From Pyrobaculum sp. (GTDB lineage: Archaea; Thermoproteota; Thermoprotei; Thermoproteales; Thermoproteaceae): DNA of 64,000 nt. The stretch covers positions 1 to 64,000 of the forward strand of contig JBKBOT010000007.1 of assembly GCA_046293555.1 (NCBI GenBank), given 5' to 3'. Below the pieces are notes generated by a model, which saw nothing but the letters and a program-made list of their open reading frames with translations, made no database searches and was not told the origin of the DNA. Made by a program: the position numbers and the translations under genes. This document shows positions 1-10,743 of the stretch, in pieces (the first letter of the stretch is position 1; the number at the start of each line of letters is the position of its first letter).

Positions 1-630
1 ACAGACGCACAACAAGCACTAAGAAGAATAATGGAAATATACGCACAAAACACAAGATTCATACTACTGGCAAACTACGTCTCCCGTATTATAGACCCCA
101 TTGTGTCTAGATGTGCCATCTTTAGGTTTTCCCCAATGCCGCGTAACCTCATGGCCGATAGGCTTAGGGAAATTGCGAAAAGAGAGGGGATAGAGCTGAA
201 AAACGACGCCATCGACGTGATATATGAGCTTTCTGAAGGCGACATGCGTAAAGCAATAAACTTGCTGCAGATAGCGGCGGCGTCAAGCAAGATAGTGGAT
301 GTAAACGTGGTGATGTCTACAGCCGCGGTCATCAAGCCCACAGATGTAGTAGAGCTATTTAACTCCGCCCTAGCTGGCGACGTGTTAAAAGCCAGAGAGA
401 AGTTAAGAGAGCTTATGTACATCAAGGGGGTAGCGGGGGCGGATTTGATAAAGGCATTTCAAAGAGAGCTCGTGAAAATACCTCTAGAGGACGAAATAAA
501 GGCGGAGATTGCGGAAATTCTCGCAGATGTGGATTACAGACTGACTCAAGGCTCGGACGAGGAGATACAACTTATGTACCTTATAGCTAGGCTAGGCGTG
601 GTGGGGAAAAGGGCTAAGAAGAGGAAGTGA
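1..630 (+). CDS. rfcS: Replication factor C small subunit (5'-truncated by window edge)
   Basis: Frame is open from base 1 ([12 protein letters not shown]); has the SRC motif and GDMRKAIN; lies directly upstream of rfcL. Confidence 0.95.
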   Translation, partial: TDAQQALRRIMEIYAQNTRFILLANYVSRIIDPIVSRCAIFRFSPMPRNLMADRLREIAKREGIELKNDAIDVIYELSEGDMRKAINLLQIAAASSKIVDVNVVMSTAAVIKPTDVVELFNSALAGDVLKAREKLRELMYIKGVAGADLIKAFQRELVKIPLEDEIKAEIAEILADVDYRLTQGSDEEIQLMYLIARLGVVGKRAKKRK

Positions 631-1874
631 TGTGGGTAGAGAAGTACAGGCCAAAAACCTTCTCTGAGGTAGTAAACCAGGAGGAAGCCAAATATACATT
701 AGCCTCCTGGATTTGCCACAAGTTTAAAGCCCCGAAGGAGTTCTGCAGCCGTTGGGCTAAGAGAAGTGTAGACGCCAAGGCGATACTCCTGGCGGGGCCG
801 CCTGGCGTGGGGAAAACCACGTTGGTACACACACTCGCGAGGGAGATAAATTACGAACTTGTGGAACTTAACACAAGCGACGTGAGGACAGGCGAGAGGA
901 TAAGACAGGTGGTGGGGAGGGGACTTAGGGAGGCCCCCCTTTTCGGCCATTTAGGCAAGTTAGTTCTATTTGACGAGGTAGATGGCATCCACGTCAAGGA
1001 GGACATAGGGGGGCTAGAGGCGGTAATAGAGGTTGTGGAGACGGCGAAGGTGCCGGTAGTCATGACGGCAAACAACCCGTACGACCAGAAACTCAGACCT
1101 CTTAGAGAGATCGCCCTGGTGGTTAACCTAAGGCGGCTTTCTGAAGAGGAGGTAGTCACAGTGCTTAAAAGAATCTGTACAAATGAGGGAGTGAAGTGCG
1201 GAGAGGAGGCGTTGAGAAGTATAGCCAGATCCTCGCTGGGCGATCTAAGAGCCGCCATAAATGACCTCCAGCTGTATCTAGCTAGGGGCAGGGGGTTGAC
1301 TACAGACGACATAAGGAGGGCGGGGGAGAGAAACCCCCAGCTGTCTATGTTTGAGATCTTAGATAGGGTATACAAAGCCCGTTGGTTTGACGAGGCGAGA
1401 GCCGTGTCGTTTAACCCCTCGTTTGACTGGGAGCAGTATTTCATATGGGCTCTTGAGACCATACCCACGGTTTATAAAGACGTGGAGCATATGTCTAACG
1501 CCTACGACCGCCTTAGTAAAGGCGACATATTTCTAAACAGGATAAAACAGACGCAGGAGTGGGAGTTGTTGCCCTACGCCTTGGGGCTGGCGCTAGGCGG
1601 CGTCTCGCAGATAAGAAACAAGCCCAGACTACCCCCCTTCATCAGATATGGCTTCCCGCAGAGGCTTTTACTACTGGCAAAGTCAAAAGAGGCCCGCAGG
1701 CGGAGAGAGGCGCTTGTGGGCTACCTAGCTAAAAACCTCCACATGTCTAAATCTGCGGTAAACCTGGAGATTATCTATGTGCTCTCCGCGATAGCTAGAC
1801 ACAAGCCGCAGGTGGTAGATAGGCTTAGCAAAGCCTTGGGGATAAACGCCATAGATATAAAAAACTTGCTCTAA
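627..1874 (+). CDS. rfcL: Replication factor C large subunit
   Basis: WVEKYRP, Walker [24 protein letters not shown]. Confidence 0.95.
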   Translation: MMWVEKYRPKTFSEVVNQEEAKYTLASWICHKFKAPKEFCSRWAKRSVDAKAILLAGPPGVGKTTLVHTLAREINYELVELNTSDVRTGERIRQVVGRGLREAPLFGHLGKLVLFDEVDGIHVKEDIGGLEAVIEVVETAKVPVVMTANNPYDQKLRPLREIALVVNLRRLSEEEVVTVLKRICTNEGVKCGEEALRSIARSSLGDLRAAINDLQLYLARGRGLTTDDIRRAGERNPQLSMFEILDRVYKARWFDEARAVSFNPSFDWEQYFIWALETIPTVYKDVEHMSNAYDRLSKGDIFLNRIKQTQEWELLPYALGLALGGVSQIRNKPRLPPFIRYGFPQRLLLLAKSKEARRRREALVGYLAKNLHMSKSAVNLEIIYVLSAIARHKPQVVDRLSKALGINAIDIKNLL

Positions 1875-2146
1875 CCAAGGCGGTTTGACAGCGCCTCCTC
1901 TGCCTCTACTAACGCCTGTGCTAACGCCGCTATGAATTCCTCTTTACGTAATTTCACGAGGCGGGCTCTCCCAATACGTTTCTCTTCCACAATGCCGTAT
2001 TTAGAAAGTAGCTGTATGTGTTCTGCCAATAGTTTGTAGTTAGCCTTAAGCCTATTTGCAAGCTCCGTCACGTTTATCTCTCCATATTGCCACAACGCCA
2101 TGATTATACGTATACGTAACGGCGCGCCTAAAACCACGTCGATCAT
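1871..2146 (-). CDS. ArsR-like winged-helix DNA-binding protein
   Basis: LRIRII...INVTELA...HIQLLSKYGIVEEKRIGR wHTH pattern; start overlaps the cdc6 stop. Confidence 0.85.
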   Translation of the reverse strand: MIDVVLGAPLRIRIIMALWQYGEINVTELANRLKANYKLLAEHIQLLSKYGIVEEKRIGRARLVKLRKEEFIAALAQALVEAEEALSNRLG

Positions 2147-3312
2147 CTAAGCTCTTCTCTAACCATTTGGGTAAGTACAGACTCTAAGGTCTCGAGAGGC
2201 TCTGTGCCTATAGATATAAAGGTGGTACGCCCGCGGACGCCCTCGCCTCTCTTGTTCTGTCTAGTCTCTATAATGCCTCTATCTCGCAGGTTGTTTAGAT
2301 AGGTCCAGAGCTGGCTATGCACTCTAGGCTTTTCGCCAAACTCCTCACAGACAATCTCGTAGGACTCCTCGGCGTCTCCAAAAGCCACATAAGACGTGCG
2401 AGAGATTTTTAACGACCTCACTATGGCCAACAGGAATAACTTCTCATGTAGAGACAAGCCCCTAAGTATTTCTTCAGAAATGCCAAATAGTACCTCTTTT
2501 GACGACTTCCTCACGTCTTCTGGCGTTATTTGCCTCCTGCCGTTTTGTTGTGCAATATATGCAGCCCGGTATAAGATGTCTATAGCCAACCTGGCGTCGC
2601 CCCTAGTGGTGTCAAGAGGGCTTTGGGCGCCAGTGATGTCGGCAATCATCTGTAATACATCCTCGCTATAAGACCCATCTGCGAGACCCGCCGCCGCCCG
2701 GGCTAACAGAATTTCAAAAACCTGGTCTTTAGTATAGGGGCTAAACCTGATGACGTACTTGCCCATAATGCCGCGTGTGGATTGGTCCAGGTTGTTTAGT
2801 ACGTTTTCATTATGTCCCACAATAGCCAGGGCGATTCTGAAGGCCCCCAGCTTGTCCACCTCCTGTCCAAGTCTTATAAATGTGGATAATATCTCGGTGG
2901 CTAAATTAAAGGCGTCGTCAAGCACCAGAAATATGTATAAATCTCTTTCACGTAGGTGTTCTATAAGAAGGGCGAGAAACTCGTCTTTACTCAGCCCACG
3001 TCTGGGAAATGGGATGTTTAACGTCCTGGCTATCTCGCCCAGTATGGTGGTGAAGTTTCTATAGATAAAGCCGTTGATATATACAAAACGCGCCCTAGAC
3101 CCCCCTTGATGTAACTCCCAAAGCTTCTTTAAGGTGACTGTCTTGCCTGTACCCGGCCTGCCGAGAAGTGTCATCCTGGGGTAGTGGCGACCCGGGTCTT
3201 TAAGCCAGCCGGCAGTTAACATCTCTAGCTGTTGGAGCTGAGTTTCCCTGTGGGGCAACTTCTCCGGTATGTAGCTAGGCGAGAATACTGCCTCGTTAGT
3301 TATTACGTTCAT
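2143..3312 (-). CDS. cdc6: Orc1/Cdc6 replication initiator
   Basis: FSPSYIPEKLPHRE, GRPGTGKT, LVLDDAF, GDARLAIDIL, C-terminal winged helix with GVRGRTT. Confidence 0.96.
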   Translation of the reverse strand: MNVITNEAVFSPSYIPEKLPHRETQLQQLEMLTAGWLKDPGRHYPRMTLLGRPGTGKTVTLKKLWELHQGGSRARFVYINGFIYRNFTTILGEIARTLNIPFPRRGLSKDEFLALLIEHLRERDLYIFLVLDDAFNLATEILSTFIRLGQEVDKLGAFRIALAIVGHNENVLNNLDQSTRGIMGKYVIRFSPYTKDQVFEILLARAAAGLADGSYSEDVLQMIADITGAQSPLDTTRGDARLAIDILYRAAYIAQQNGRRQITPEDVRKSSKEVLFGISEEILRGLSLHEKLFLLAIVRSLKISRTSYVAFGDAEESYEIVCEEFGEKPRVHSQLWTYLNNLRDRGIIETRQNKRGEGVRGRTTFISIGTEPLETLESVLTQMVREELR

Positions 3313-3389
3313 ATGTATATAGATAAGTTGGATATAAATACTTTCAATCTACATGAAGCATAGACAATATGTGTGTACGATAAGTTTTA

Positions 3390-3686
3390 CTACACCCAAC
3401 GCACAAAAAACTTTCCCCCAACTTCAACTACAACACAATTACTACATCTAGGTCTCTCTAGAGAAATTTCATCAAAATACTCCAAACCTTTTATAACTTT
3501 AGAGAAATACCTCATGTTTACACATCTTTCGAGACCTTCCATATGTGTATAGATAAGAAACCTCCCTGGAGATAAAACCTCGCATCTAACCTCGGCGTCG
3601 TGGTAATATATGCAGTCACATAAATCTCTCGCAACTATGTGCTCTTTCTTAGGTAACGTCTTTATCAAAACGTATAGACGCCTCAC
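3390..3686 (-). CDS. Hypothetical protein resembling the N-terminal ferredoxin-like domain of THUMP proteins
   Basis: LIKTLPKKEHIVARDLCD pattern; fills an otherwise empty gap. Confidence 0.6.
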   Translation of the reverse strand: MRRLYVLIKTLPKKEHIVARDLCDCIYYHDAEVRCEVLSPGRFLIYTHMEGLERCVNMRYFSKVIKGLEYFDEISLERPRCSNCVVVEVGGKFFVRWV

Positions 3687-3715
3687 GTAATGTTTTTCAA
3701 TAGGAGATATTAACT

Positions 3716-4300
3716 ATGGGCGCTAGATTTGAGCGATATGTTGTCGACTTGCTGCCATCACTTGGATTTACGCCAAAGGCTGTACGCTATAAGATATATC
3801 GAGAGGGGGTAGAGGTTGGCGAGGTGGACATATTGGCGGTTGACGAAAGGGGTGAGACATACGCCATAGAGGTAAAGGCGGGGAGGGTGGACATAAGCGG
3901 GATACGTCAAGCCTACATAAACGCCAGGCTATTAGAGGCGAGGCCGTTGGTGATAGCACGGGGATATGCAGATGAGGGCGCCAAAGAGCTAGCTAGAGAG
4001 CTTGGAGTAGAGGTGATCTTACTTCCAGACTATATATTTCTCTCAATTGACGACCTATATACAGCACTGACAAACTCTCTAGCTAGATTTATAACTACCC
4101 TGTTATTCATATATACAACTCTTACTAAAGAAGAGATAGACGTAATAGAAAGTTGTCAAGATTTTCAATGTATATGCCAAAAGTTAGATTGTCAGACACT
4201 ATTTACGAAACTGCCAAGAGAGGCGAAAAACTTTGAATTTCTATCTACCGCCGTAAGACTTAGGCAGTTAATCCCATTGCTCTGTACAGAAAAAAGATAA
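3716..4300 (+). CDS. PD-(D/E)xK restriction-endonuclease-like nuclease (RecB/Mrr-like)
   Basis: RFE...GEVDILA...IEVK...IRQ...Y motif. Confidence 0.8.
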   Translation: MGARFERYVVDLLPSLGFTPKAVRYKIYREGVEVGEVDILAVDERGETYAIEVKAGRVDISGIRQAYINARLLEARPLVIARGYADEGAKELARELGVEVILLPDYIFLSIDDLYTALTNSLARFITTLLFIYTTLTKEEIDVIESCQDFQCICQKLDCQTLFTKLPREAKNFEFLSTAVRLRQLIPLLCTEKR

Positions 4301-4322
4301 ATGTGCCGCCTCCAGTCGCCCC

Positions 4323-5429
4323 ATGGCTGTAGAGAAGATAAAACAAAACTTCAGCCCTAGAGTTAGGCCTATTGTGTGGCATGGCGACAGGCTGGTATTA
4401 CTCGACCAGAGGTTATTGCCTTTTGAAACTAGGTTTGTGGAGTTAAAGACTGTAGCAGAGGTGGCGGAGGCTATACGTAATATGGCCGTAAGGGGGGCGC
4501 CGGCAATTGGCATCACTGCGGCATTTGGCATGGTGCTTGCATTATTGGAAAAACGGCATCACACAGTAGAGGAGGCCCTTAGGAGCCTCCAGACGGCAAA
4601 AGAGATGTTATCTAAAACAAGGCCCACCGCAGTTAATCTCTTTTGGGCACTCGACAGGATGTATGACAAGGCTGTGGAGCTTGCCTCAAAGACCCCCTCG
4701 GCGAGAGAGCTGACAGAATCGCTAGAGGAGGAGGCAAAAAGGATATTTGACGAGGAGCTAGATGCAGAGATAAGAATGGGGCTGTACGGCGCGGAGCTTC
4801 TAGAGGAGGGAGATAAGGTGTTGACTATATGTAACGCCGGGGGGCTCGCCACGGGCACGGGGCTTGGCACAGCCACGGCGCCTATCTACATAGCCGCCAT
4901 GTTGGGAAAACAGGTTTCTGTAATTGTGCCAGAAACACGGCCGTGGCAACAAGGAGCCCGCCTGACGGTGTATGAGCTAACAGAAAACAAGATACCAACT
5001 ACGTTAATTGCAGACACGGCCGTGGGCCTAGTTATGTACAAGAAACTTGTCGACATAGTAATGGTAGGCGCAGATAGGATACTTCTCGACGGACATGTGT
5101 TCAACAAGATTGGCACTCTAAACGAGGCGGTACTTGCCCACGAGTGGGGCATACCCTTTTACGTCCTGGCGCCTACAAGCACTATAGACACAAGAAGCAA
5201 GGCGGCAGATGTACATATCGAGGAGAGAGATCCAGAGGAGGTCCGCACTGTTAGATATCCACAAGGCAGGACATATGTCACCTTAAATAACGTCCCTGTC
5301 TACAACCCCGTGTTTGACGTCACGCCGCCTAAATACATCACGGGTATTATTACAGAAAGGGGCGTGGCCACACAGCCGCTAGATAAAAACTTACGCAAAT
5401 TATTGAACAAAACTTTCGACAATAGATAA
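4323..5429 (+). CDS. mtnA: Methylthioribose-1-phosphate isomerase (eIF2B-like family)
   Basis: [54 protein letters not shown]. Confidence 0.92.
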   Translation: MAVEKIKQNFSPRVRPIVWHGDRLVLLDQRLLPFETRFVELKTVAEVAEAIRNMAVRGAPAIGITAAFGMVLALLEKRHHTVEEALRSLQTAKEMLSKTRPTAVNLFWALDRMYDKAVELASKTPSARELTESLEEEAKRIFDEELDAEIRMGLYGAELLEEGDKVLTICNAGGLATGTGLGTATAPIYIAAMLGKQVSVIVPETRPWQQGARLTVYELTENKIPTTLIADTAVGLVMYKKLVDIVMVGADRILLDGHVFNKIGTLNEAVLAHEWGIPFYVLAPTSTIDTRSKAADVHIEERDPEEVRTVRYPQGRTYVTLNNVPVYNPVFDVTPPKYITGIITERGVATQPLDKNLRKLLNKTFDNR

Positions 5430-5517
5430 AAGAAGTTACAATAAATATTTAAATATTTAGATCTCTAAATGTAGTTAGTAGAAGAAAGTTTAAAATTAGG
5501 CTAATTCCATAGATGTA

Positions 5518-5835
5518 ATGTCTCTTGAAGCAATAGAAAAAAGACTCATAGAGGCGTTAATCCTTCTCTTGCTAAATGCCAAGGGGAGGATTGTGAGCAT
5601 AAAGGCGTCCACGTTGGCCAAATTTGCAGGCCTCGGCTCTAACCACAGCGCCATTCTCAAAGCCGCTAGGATACTACAAAGGCTTTCAAAATACCGCTTT
5701 TTGATGCCTGTTTATGAAAACAGGAGGTATAAGACATATCGCTACGTCTTAAGATTTAACGACGAGCTTTGGCAAATTGCCAGGAGAGATCCAGAAAGGG
5801 CAAAGGAAATTCTCGTCAAGACGTTGGCGGCTTGA
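5518..5835 (+). CDS. Basic putative winged-helix DNA-binding protein
   Basis: IKASTLAK...AARILQRLSKYRFL...YRYVL pattern; TTTAAA about 29 nt upstream. Confidence 0.65.
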   Translation: MSLEAIEKRLIEALILLLLNAKGRIVSIKASTLAKFAGLGSNHSAILKAARILQRLSKYRFLMPVYENRRYKTYRYVLRFNDELWQIARRDPERAKEILVKTLAA

Positions 5836-6950
5836 ATCTCTACGGCATAGAGATAGATAAAGAACTATACCAACACTTTTTGGAGTTTCTCTCTGATAGC
5901 GAAATTGACGCCCTTTTTAAGTCAATCACCACGCCTCCCCCCCGTTACTACATTAGGGTAAATACCTCGAAAGTATCTCCACAGGAGTTAACAAGGCGGC
6001 TAAACGCAAGGGGGGTCACAACCTATAGAGATGAACACCTCGAAGAGGCCTTGTGGATGCCCGTACAAGGCCCCTTTAGAATCCCCACAGCCAGAAAGAC
6101 CGTGGTGGTAGACAAAAGGGCTGCAGAAAGCGTAATGTTGGGAGCAGACCTATATGCGCCAGGCGTCTTGAAGACAGACCGTATATCTAAAGGCGATGAG
6201 GTAAACATAGCCACAGACAGGGGACATGTGGTGGCTTTCGGCATCGCCGCCGAAAACAGCGACGAGATTTCAAAAACGAGAAGGGGGCTATACGTCAAGG
6301 TGGAGAGATCTCTCTACAAGACTCCAAAAATTAGAGATCTGCCGGAGTACAGAGAGGGGCTTTTTTACAGCCAGAGCCTTCCAGCCATGGCGGTGGGCTT
6401 TGTAGCTAGAAATATGGCTATCTCAAACGCAGTCGATCTCAACGCGGCCCCCGGGGGTAAGGCCACGCATCTAGCCCAATATGGGGTCAAAGTAGTTGCA
6501 ATAGATAGATCTTGGCAGAAAATAGAAAGACTAAAAATGGAGGCATCTAGACTTGGGCTAGATGTAGATATTATCCTCCACGACAGCAGGTATCTAGATA
6601 GAGACTTCCCACGGCTGAAGGCAGATCTCGCCATAGTGGACCCCCCTTGTACCGACATTGGCGTCCGTCCGAAGATATACCACCACGTGACTTTCAAAAC
6701 TGCGAAAACTCTAGCTAGATATCAGATACAGTTTTTAAAGACGGCCTTAAAGATTGCAAGATATGTGATTTACTCCACCTGTACGTTGACATATATAGAA
6801 AATGAGGGCGTTTTAGAGAGCGCCGACGTGGAGGTTTTAGATACGGGACTTGACATCGGCGCGCCTGGATGGGGGTGTGGCGAATGTAAGAGATTTTTCC
6901 CACATATACACAACACCCCTGGGTTTTTCCTAGCTGTGGCTAGACGTTAG
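5832..6950 (+). CDS. PUA-domain RsmB/NOP2 RNA m5C methyltransferase (NSUN6-like)
   Basis: IRVNT, GADLYAPGV (PUA), AAPGGKATH, DPPCT, YSTCT; TTG start at 5832 overlaps the upstream TGA. Confidence 0.9.
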   Translation: MNLYGIEIDKELYQHFLEFLSDSEIDALFKSITTPPPRYYIRVNTSKVSPQELTRRLNARGVTTYRDEHLEEALWMPVQGPFRIPTARKTVVVDKRAAESVMLGADLYAPGVLKTDRISKGDEVNIATDRGHVVAFGIAAENSDEISKTRRGLYVKVERSLYKTPKIRDLPEYREGLFYSQSLPAMAVGFVARNMAISNAVDLNAAPGGKATHLAQYGVKVVAIDRSWQKIERLKMEASRLGLDVDIILHDSRYLDRDFPRLKADLAIVDPPCTDIGVRPKIYHHVTFKTAKTLARYQIQFLKTALKIARYVIYSTCTLTYIENEGVLESADVEVLDTGLDIGAPGWGCGECKRFFPHIHNTPGFFLAVARR

Positions 6951-7169
6951 GTATTTCAAGGTCTTGGAGATATAGGCGTCACACTGTTTTTTATACATAC
7001 AGAAATTACACGCCGTGGGGCTTTCGCCTCTCAGCCTACGCTCTACTGCCTTACATAAATTTTTGACGTAATACTGGGGAAAACATTCTTTACAAATAAA
7101 GATGTTTTGATATATATATATAATATTTTTAAAGTTAACTTCCTTATTACATATTGAACATGTTGGCAT
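6930..7169 (-). CDS. Small Cys-rich zinc-finger protein
   Basis: CSIC...CKEC...C...CNFC...C. Confidence 0.75.
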   Translation of the reverse strand: MPTCSICNKEVNFKNIIYIYQNIFICKECFPQYYVKNLCKAVERRLRGESPTACNFCMYKKQCDAYISKTLKYLTSSHS

Positions 7170-7205
7170 ATAGCAACCAATTTATTACTTTAAAACACTA
7201 TTTCC

Positions 7206-7865
7206 GTGTTTAGACCTTACACCCTTGAGGAGGGGACCTATCTAGTAAAGGCCGCCAGATCCGCCGTAGGGCACTACTTAAGATATAAAAAAATAGTAAT
7301 GCCGGAAAATCCACCCCAGAGGACGTTACAAGATAGCTACGGCGTCTTTACAACCATCGAGGTCCCCGCCGGCAGTAGGTATGAGCTCCGTGGCTGTATA
7401 GGCTATCCAGAGGGTCATGTAAACACGCTATATGCCACAATCCACAGCGCAATAGGCGCATGTTGTCAAGACCCGAGGTTTCCCGCCTTGCGGCTAGAGG
7501 AGTTGCCACATGTGGTATTTGAAGTGTCTATACTAAGCCCCCTACAGCTCTTAGAGGAAAAGCCTAGGAGATATCCAGAAATCGTCCAGATAGGTCGCCA
7601 CGGCTTGGTGATAAAAAGGGGGCCCTACGCGGGGTTGCTGCTCCCACAGGTGGCTATAGAGGAGTGTTGGAACCCAGTGGAGTTTCTCATACATACATGT
7701 ATAAAGGCGTGGCTGCCGGGAGACTGTTGGCTAGACCCCAGGACTAGGGTGTATATCTACGAGACACAGATATTTCGAGAAAGGCAGCCAGAAGGCGAGG
7801 TGTATGAACGAGACCTAGCTACAGAGCGGTGTAGTCAAGAAACTCAGAAAGAAAACGGTAGGTGA
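7206..7865 (+). CDS. AMMECR1-domain protein
   Basis: GVFTT, LRGCIG, DPRF, EVSILS, LLLPQVA. Confidence 0.93.
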   Translation: MFRPYTLEEGTYLVKAARSAVGHYLRYKKIVMPENPPQRTLQDSYGVFTTIEVPAGSRYELRGCIGYPEGHVNTLYATIHSAIGACCQDPRFPALRLEELPHVVFEVSILSPLQLLEEKPRRYPEIVQIGRHGLVIKRGPYAGLLLPQVAIEECWNPVEFLIHTCIKAWLPGDCWLDPRTRVYIYETQIFRERQPEGEVYERDLATERCSQETQKENGR

Positions 7866-8295
7866 GGTAGTCTAGGTACTGGCTCCCCACAGCCACAAGT
7901 TTTTTCCCGCCACGCCTAACTATATATACATAAAGCCCACCTACATGTGCCTGCATGTAGTCTACCTCAAGTTTTTCAAACATATCCATAAAGGCGGGCC
8001 TCATCCCCAGTTCTCTTTCTCCAACCTTTATATACTCGAAACCAAGAAGCTCTCTTAGCTCTTCAGGCGATGAGGGCACATACCCCACCCGCCCGTAGGG
8101 CGGTATCATTTTCTCTATTCTCTCTCTCACCTCCTCTAGTTGCTTCATGATTTCCTGCTCCCCAGGGGTGTACCTAGCCCCAGTTTCGAAGACCAGAGGC
8201 TGTGGGGGTGGCTGCCTTCTTGAAATAAAGAATATAAGTAATACCAAAACAGCCATAGCTACAGCCAGTATTATGACCTCAAGCTGGAGGTACAT
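7819..8295 (-). CDS. Membrane-anchored hypothetical protein
   Basis: N-terminal TM helix, short coiled segment, soluble C-terminal domain. Confidence 0.75.
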   Translation of the reverse strand: MYLQLEVIILAVAMAVLVLLIFFISRRQPPPQPLVFETGARYTPGEQEIMKQLEEVRERIEKMIPPYGRVGYVPSSPEELRELLGFEYIKVGERELGMRPAFMDMFEKLEVDYMQAHVGGLYVYIVRRGGKKLVAVGSQYLDYLTYRFLSEFLDYTAL

Positions 8296-8334
8296 TAAAC
8301 ATCTATAGCCGTGTAAATATATAGCTTACGTTTA

Positions 8335-8541
8335 TCAGCATGGGCTTTTCTTCACCCTTCTGGAGACCCTTAGCTCTTCACATCTGCCTCCCCTCTGGAG
8401 ATATAAAAGAATTTTTCCAAATATATGTAGATTGCCGATAAGCAACATGACAAGCCCCACTACGGCGAGCTCGACCTCGTTGCCCACAACCCCCATTAAC
8501 GTCACCACAGCCCCGTATATAGTCAACATGTAGATAAACAC
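8335..8541 (-). CDS. Small two-TM membrane protein
   Basis: Two hydrophobic helices; downstream of nfeD. Confidence 0.55.
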   Translation of the reverse strand: MFIYMLTIYGAVVTLMGVVGNEVELAVVGLVMLLIGNLHIFGKILLYLQRGGRCEELRVSRRVKKSPC

Positions 8542-8576
8542 AGATAGGCTTCAACTCTTTATTATAAGGCCGGTGT

Positions 8577-9863
8577 TTAACATCTCACCGGCTCTACTTT
8601 AAGCACGTCGCCCTCCATCTCCACCACACGGACTCTACACCCATTTTTTATGGGGGTTATAGACACGGCCTTCCAGTACTCTCCCAACACTATCACAAAA
8701 CCCGGCTTGTCCGGCCCGATGTCCTCCACAGCCACGCCCTCTACGCCTCTTAACGTGGTTAACATCTCCGATGGGGGCCTCTGTCTATGTACCCCAACGA
8801 CCTTATATATCACCAACGCCAAAAAGCCCAGGAGGATGGCTATGTTGATATAAAGCCCCAGCTGGATAAGCCACCAGCTCTCTATATGTATAAGCTCCCC
8901 ACTAAAGATGTTTGCCGGATATGTGGAGATAAATCCAGCAATTAGCAAGACGGCCCCCACGGCGGCTACAACACCGTGTGTGGCAGCCCCAGTCAAGATC
9001 TCCACCATTATCAACACGGCCCCCAGTATTATGAGGGCCACGCCCAACCACACCGTGGGCAATATGGAAAACATGGAGATCACCAGGATCAATATAGCCG
9101 CGGCGGCCACCGCCGGGTGGCCTGTGAAGAGTGCCGCCAGCAGGAGGATAAAGGCTAGTAACGACAACAGGCTTGAAACCACCGGGTCGCTAATCCACGC
9201 CTGTAGGGCTTCTGTAAACGTGGGCGGCACCCGCCGGAAGCTCTTGCCGGCAACTACCAGCACCTCCCTCTGGCCTCGGAGCAATATGACGCTGCCGTTA
9301 ATCTTCTTCACCAGGTCGTCGGGATCTGACGCAATTAGGTCTACTACCCCATATCTGAGAGCTTGTTCTGCGTCTAGATTCACGTTTTGAGTTATACAAA
9401 GCCTGGCAAAAGTCCCGTTGCGTCCATAGGACTTAGCCACGGCCTCCAGATAGCCCACCAGCGCGTTTAAAACCTTAGACTCGTTGATGGGCGTCTCCCC
9501 GGCGACGGGCTGACAGGAGCCAATAACCGTATGTGGCGCCATGGCCGCAATGTGTGTAGACATGAGGACATAGGTGCCTGCAGACCAGGCGTAGCTGTAG
9601 TCCGGGTAGACATAGCCGATAACCGGCGCGGGGGAGTTGCCAATTTCTTTCATTATCTGTAGTGTGGCGTCTGCCAGGCCGCCTGGAGTAGACAGCAGTA
9701 AGATCACCGCGCCTCTCTCCTGTTCTGCCATTGAGATAGCTCTCTGAACTTGCGACAGAGTGTAAGGCCCTATTACCCCATCTATCTCCACGACGTAAAA
9801 AAGGTGGGCCACATATGCCTGAGATAAGGCGACAGCCAGCAGTAGGAGGAGGCTACTTCTCAT
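8577..9863 (-). CDS. NfeD / stomatin operon partner membrane serine protease
   Basis: Signal peptide, STPGG, AWSAG, MAPHTVIG, TM bundle, C-terminal GEYWKA OB domain. Confidence 0.93.
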   Translation of the reverse strand: MRSSLLLLLAVALSQAYVAHLFYVVEIDGVIGPYTLSQVQRAISMAEQERGAVILLLSTPGGLADATLQIMKEIGNSPAPVIGYVYPDYSYAWSAGTYVLMSTHIAAMAPHTVIGSCQPVAGETPINESKVLNALVGYLEAVAKSYGRNGTFARLCITQNVNLDAEQALRYGVVDLIASDPDDLVKKINGSVILLRGQREVLVVAGKSFRRVPPTFTEALQAWISDPVVSSLLSLLAFILLLAALFTGHPAVAAAAILILVISMFSILPTVWLGVALIILGAVLIMVEILTGAATHGVVAAVGAVLLIAGFISTYPANIFSGELIHIESWWLIQLGLYINIAILLGFLALVIYKVVGVHRQRPPSEMLTTLRGVEGVAVEDIGPDKPGFVIVLGEYWKAVSITPIKNGCRVRVVEMEGDVLKVEPVRC

Positions 9864-10647
9864 CTTGTTGTCTTTTCGTGAGGGCTAGCGGCAGCGCCAC
9901 GTATTCAAAGGTTGGCGGCGTCACGATTATTAGGTTACGTTCTCTAGCGATTTCTATCAAGGCGTCTATCATTCTCAGCTGAACTGCAGTGGGGTTTTGG
10001 GAATAACGCGCGGCGGCGTCGAGATAAATCTTGCTGGCTTCGTATTCCGCAGAGGCCAGCGTGATTTTTGCACGTTTTACCCTCTCGGCCTCCGCCTGGC
10101 TGGCAATAGCCCTGAGTAAGACCTCTGGAAGTTTTATGTCTTTAATGGCCACCGCCGTGACCTTAACGCCCCAGGGGGTTACGTGTTCGTCCACAATAGA
10201 GGCGATCTTTTTTGCGATCTCGTCTCTATGTGTCAACACTGTATCTAAATCCACCATGCCTATGACGTCACGTAAAGTAGAAGAGGCGTAGATCGCCACT
10301 GCAGGCACGTGGCTTTTTACAGTTAACGCGGTCTTTAAGGCGTCAACTACCCGGAGGTAAATAGCGGCATCTACAGTTACTTCTACGTTATCTTTTGTTA
10401 AAGTCCTCTGTGCGGGCACGTCTACCACCTCTACTCTCAGATCGTATATTACTATCCGGTCTATGATGGGAATTATGAAAACTAGCCCGGGGCCTACGAC
10501 GCCCACCACGCGGCCTAGCCTAAACTTGACAGCTCTCTGATATTCAGGAATTATACGGATGGCAGAAGAGAGTATAGCCACAAGTATAACTAACGCAAAG
10601 AGAATTAACAGCCCGAAGGCCATCTGTTCCACAACCTGAAGTAACAT
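9853..10647 (-). CDS. SPFH/band 7 stomatin-like protein
   Basis: EYQRAVKFRLGR, GPGLVFIIP, TKDNV, PWGVKV, QAEAER. Confidence 0.95.
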   Translation of the reverse strand: MLLQVVEQMAFGLLILFALVILVAILSSAIRIIPEYQRAVKFRLGRVVGVVGPGLVFIIPIIDRIVIYDLRVEVVDVPAQRTLTKDNVEVTVDAAIYLRVVDALKTALTVKSHVPAVAIYASSTLRDVIGMVDLDTVLTHRDEIAKKIASIVDEHVTPWGVKVTAVAIKDIKLPEVLLRAIASQAEAERVKRAKITLASAEYEASKIYLDAAARYSQNPTAVQLRMIDALIEIARERNLIIVTPPTFEYVALPLALTKRQQDEK

Positions 10648-10687
10648 GATTTAAGATATGTGTGTATATATAAACTTCAGAATCTAC

Positions 10688-10743
10688 CGTATGAGGTGAC
10701 GTGGGGACGGGCTGACTGTGATGAAAAATCCGCGCGGCCGATC
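10688..10743 (+). ncRNA. Box C/D guide sRNA candidate
   Basis: C ATGAGGT 10691, D' CTGA 10712, C' GTGATGA 10718, D CCGA 10738; TATATA at 10665. Confidence 0.7.

Noticed and set aside
1-3312. Inteins in rfc or cdc6
   Set aside because: Visible parts are normal length with no splicing motifs
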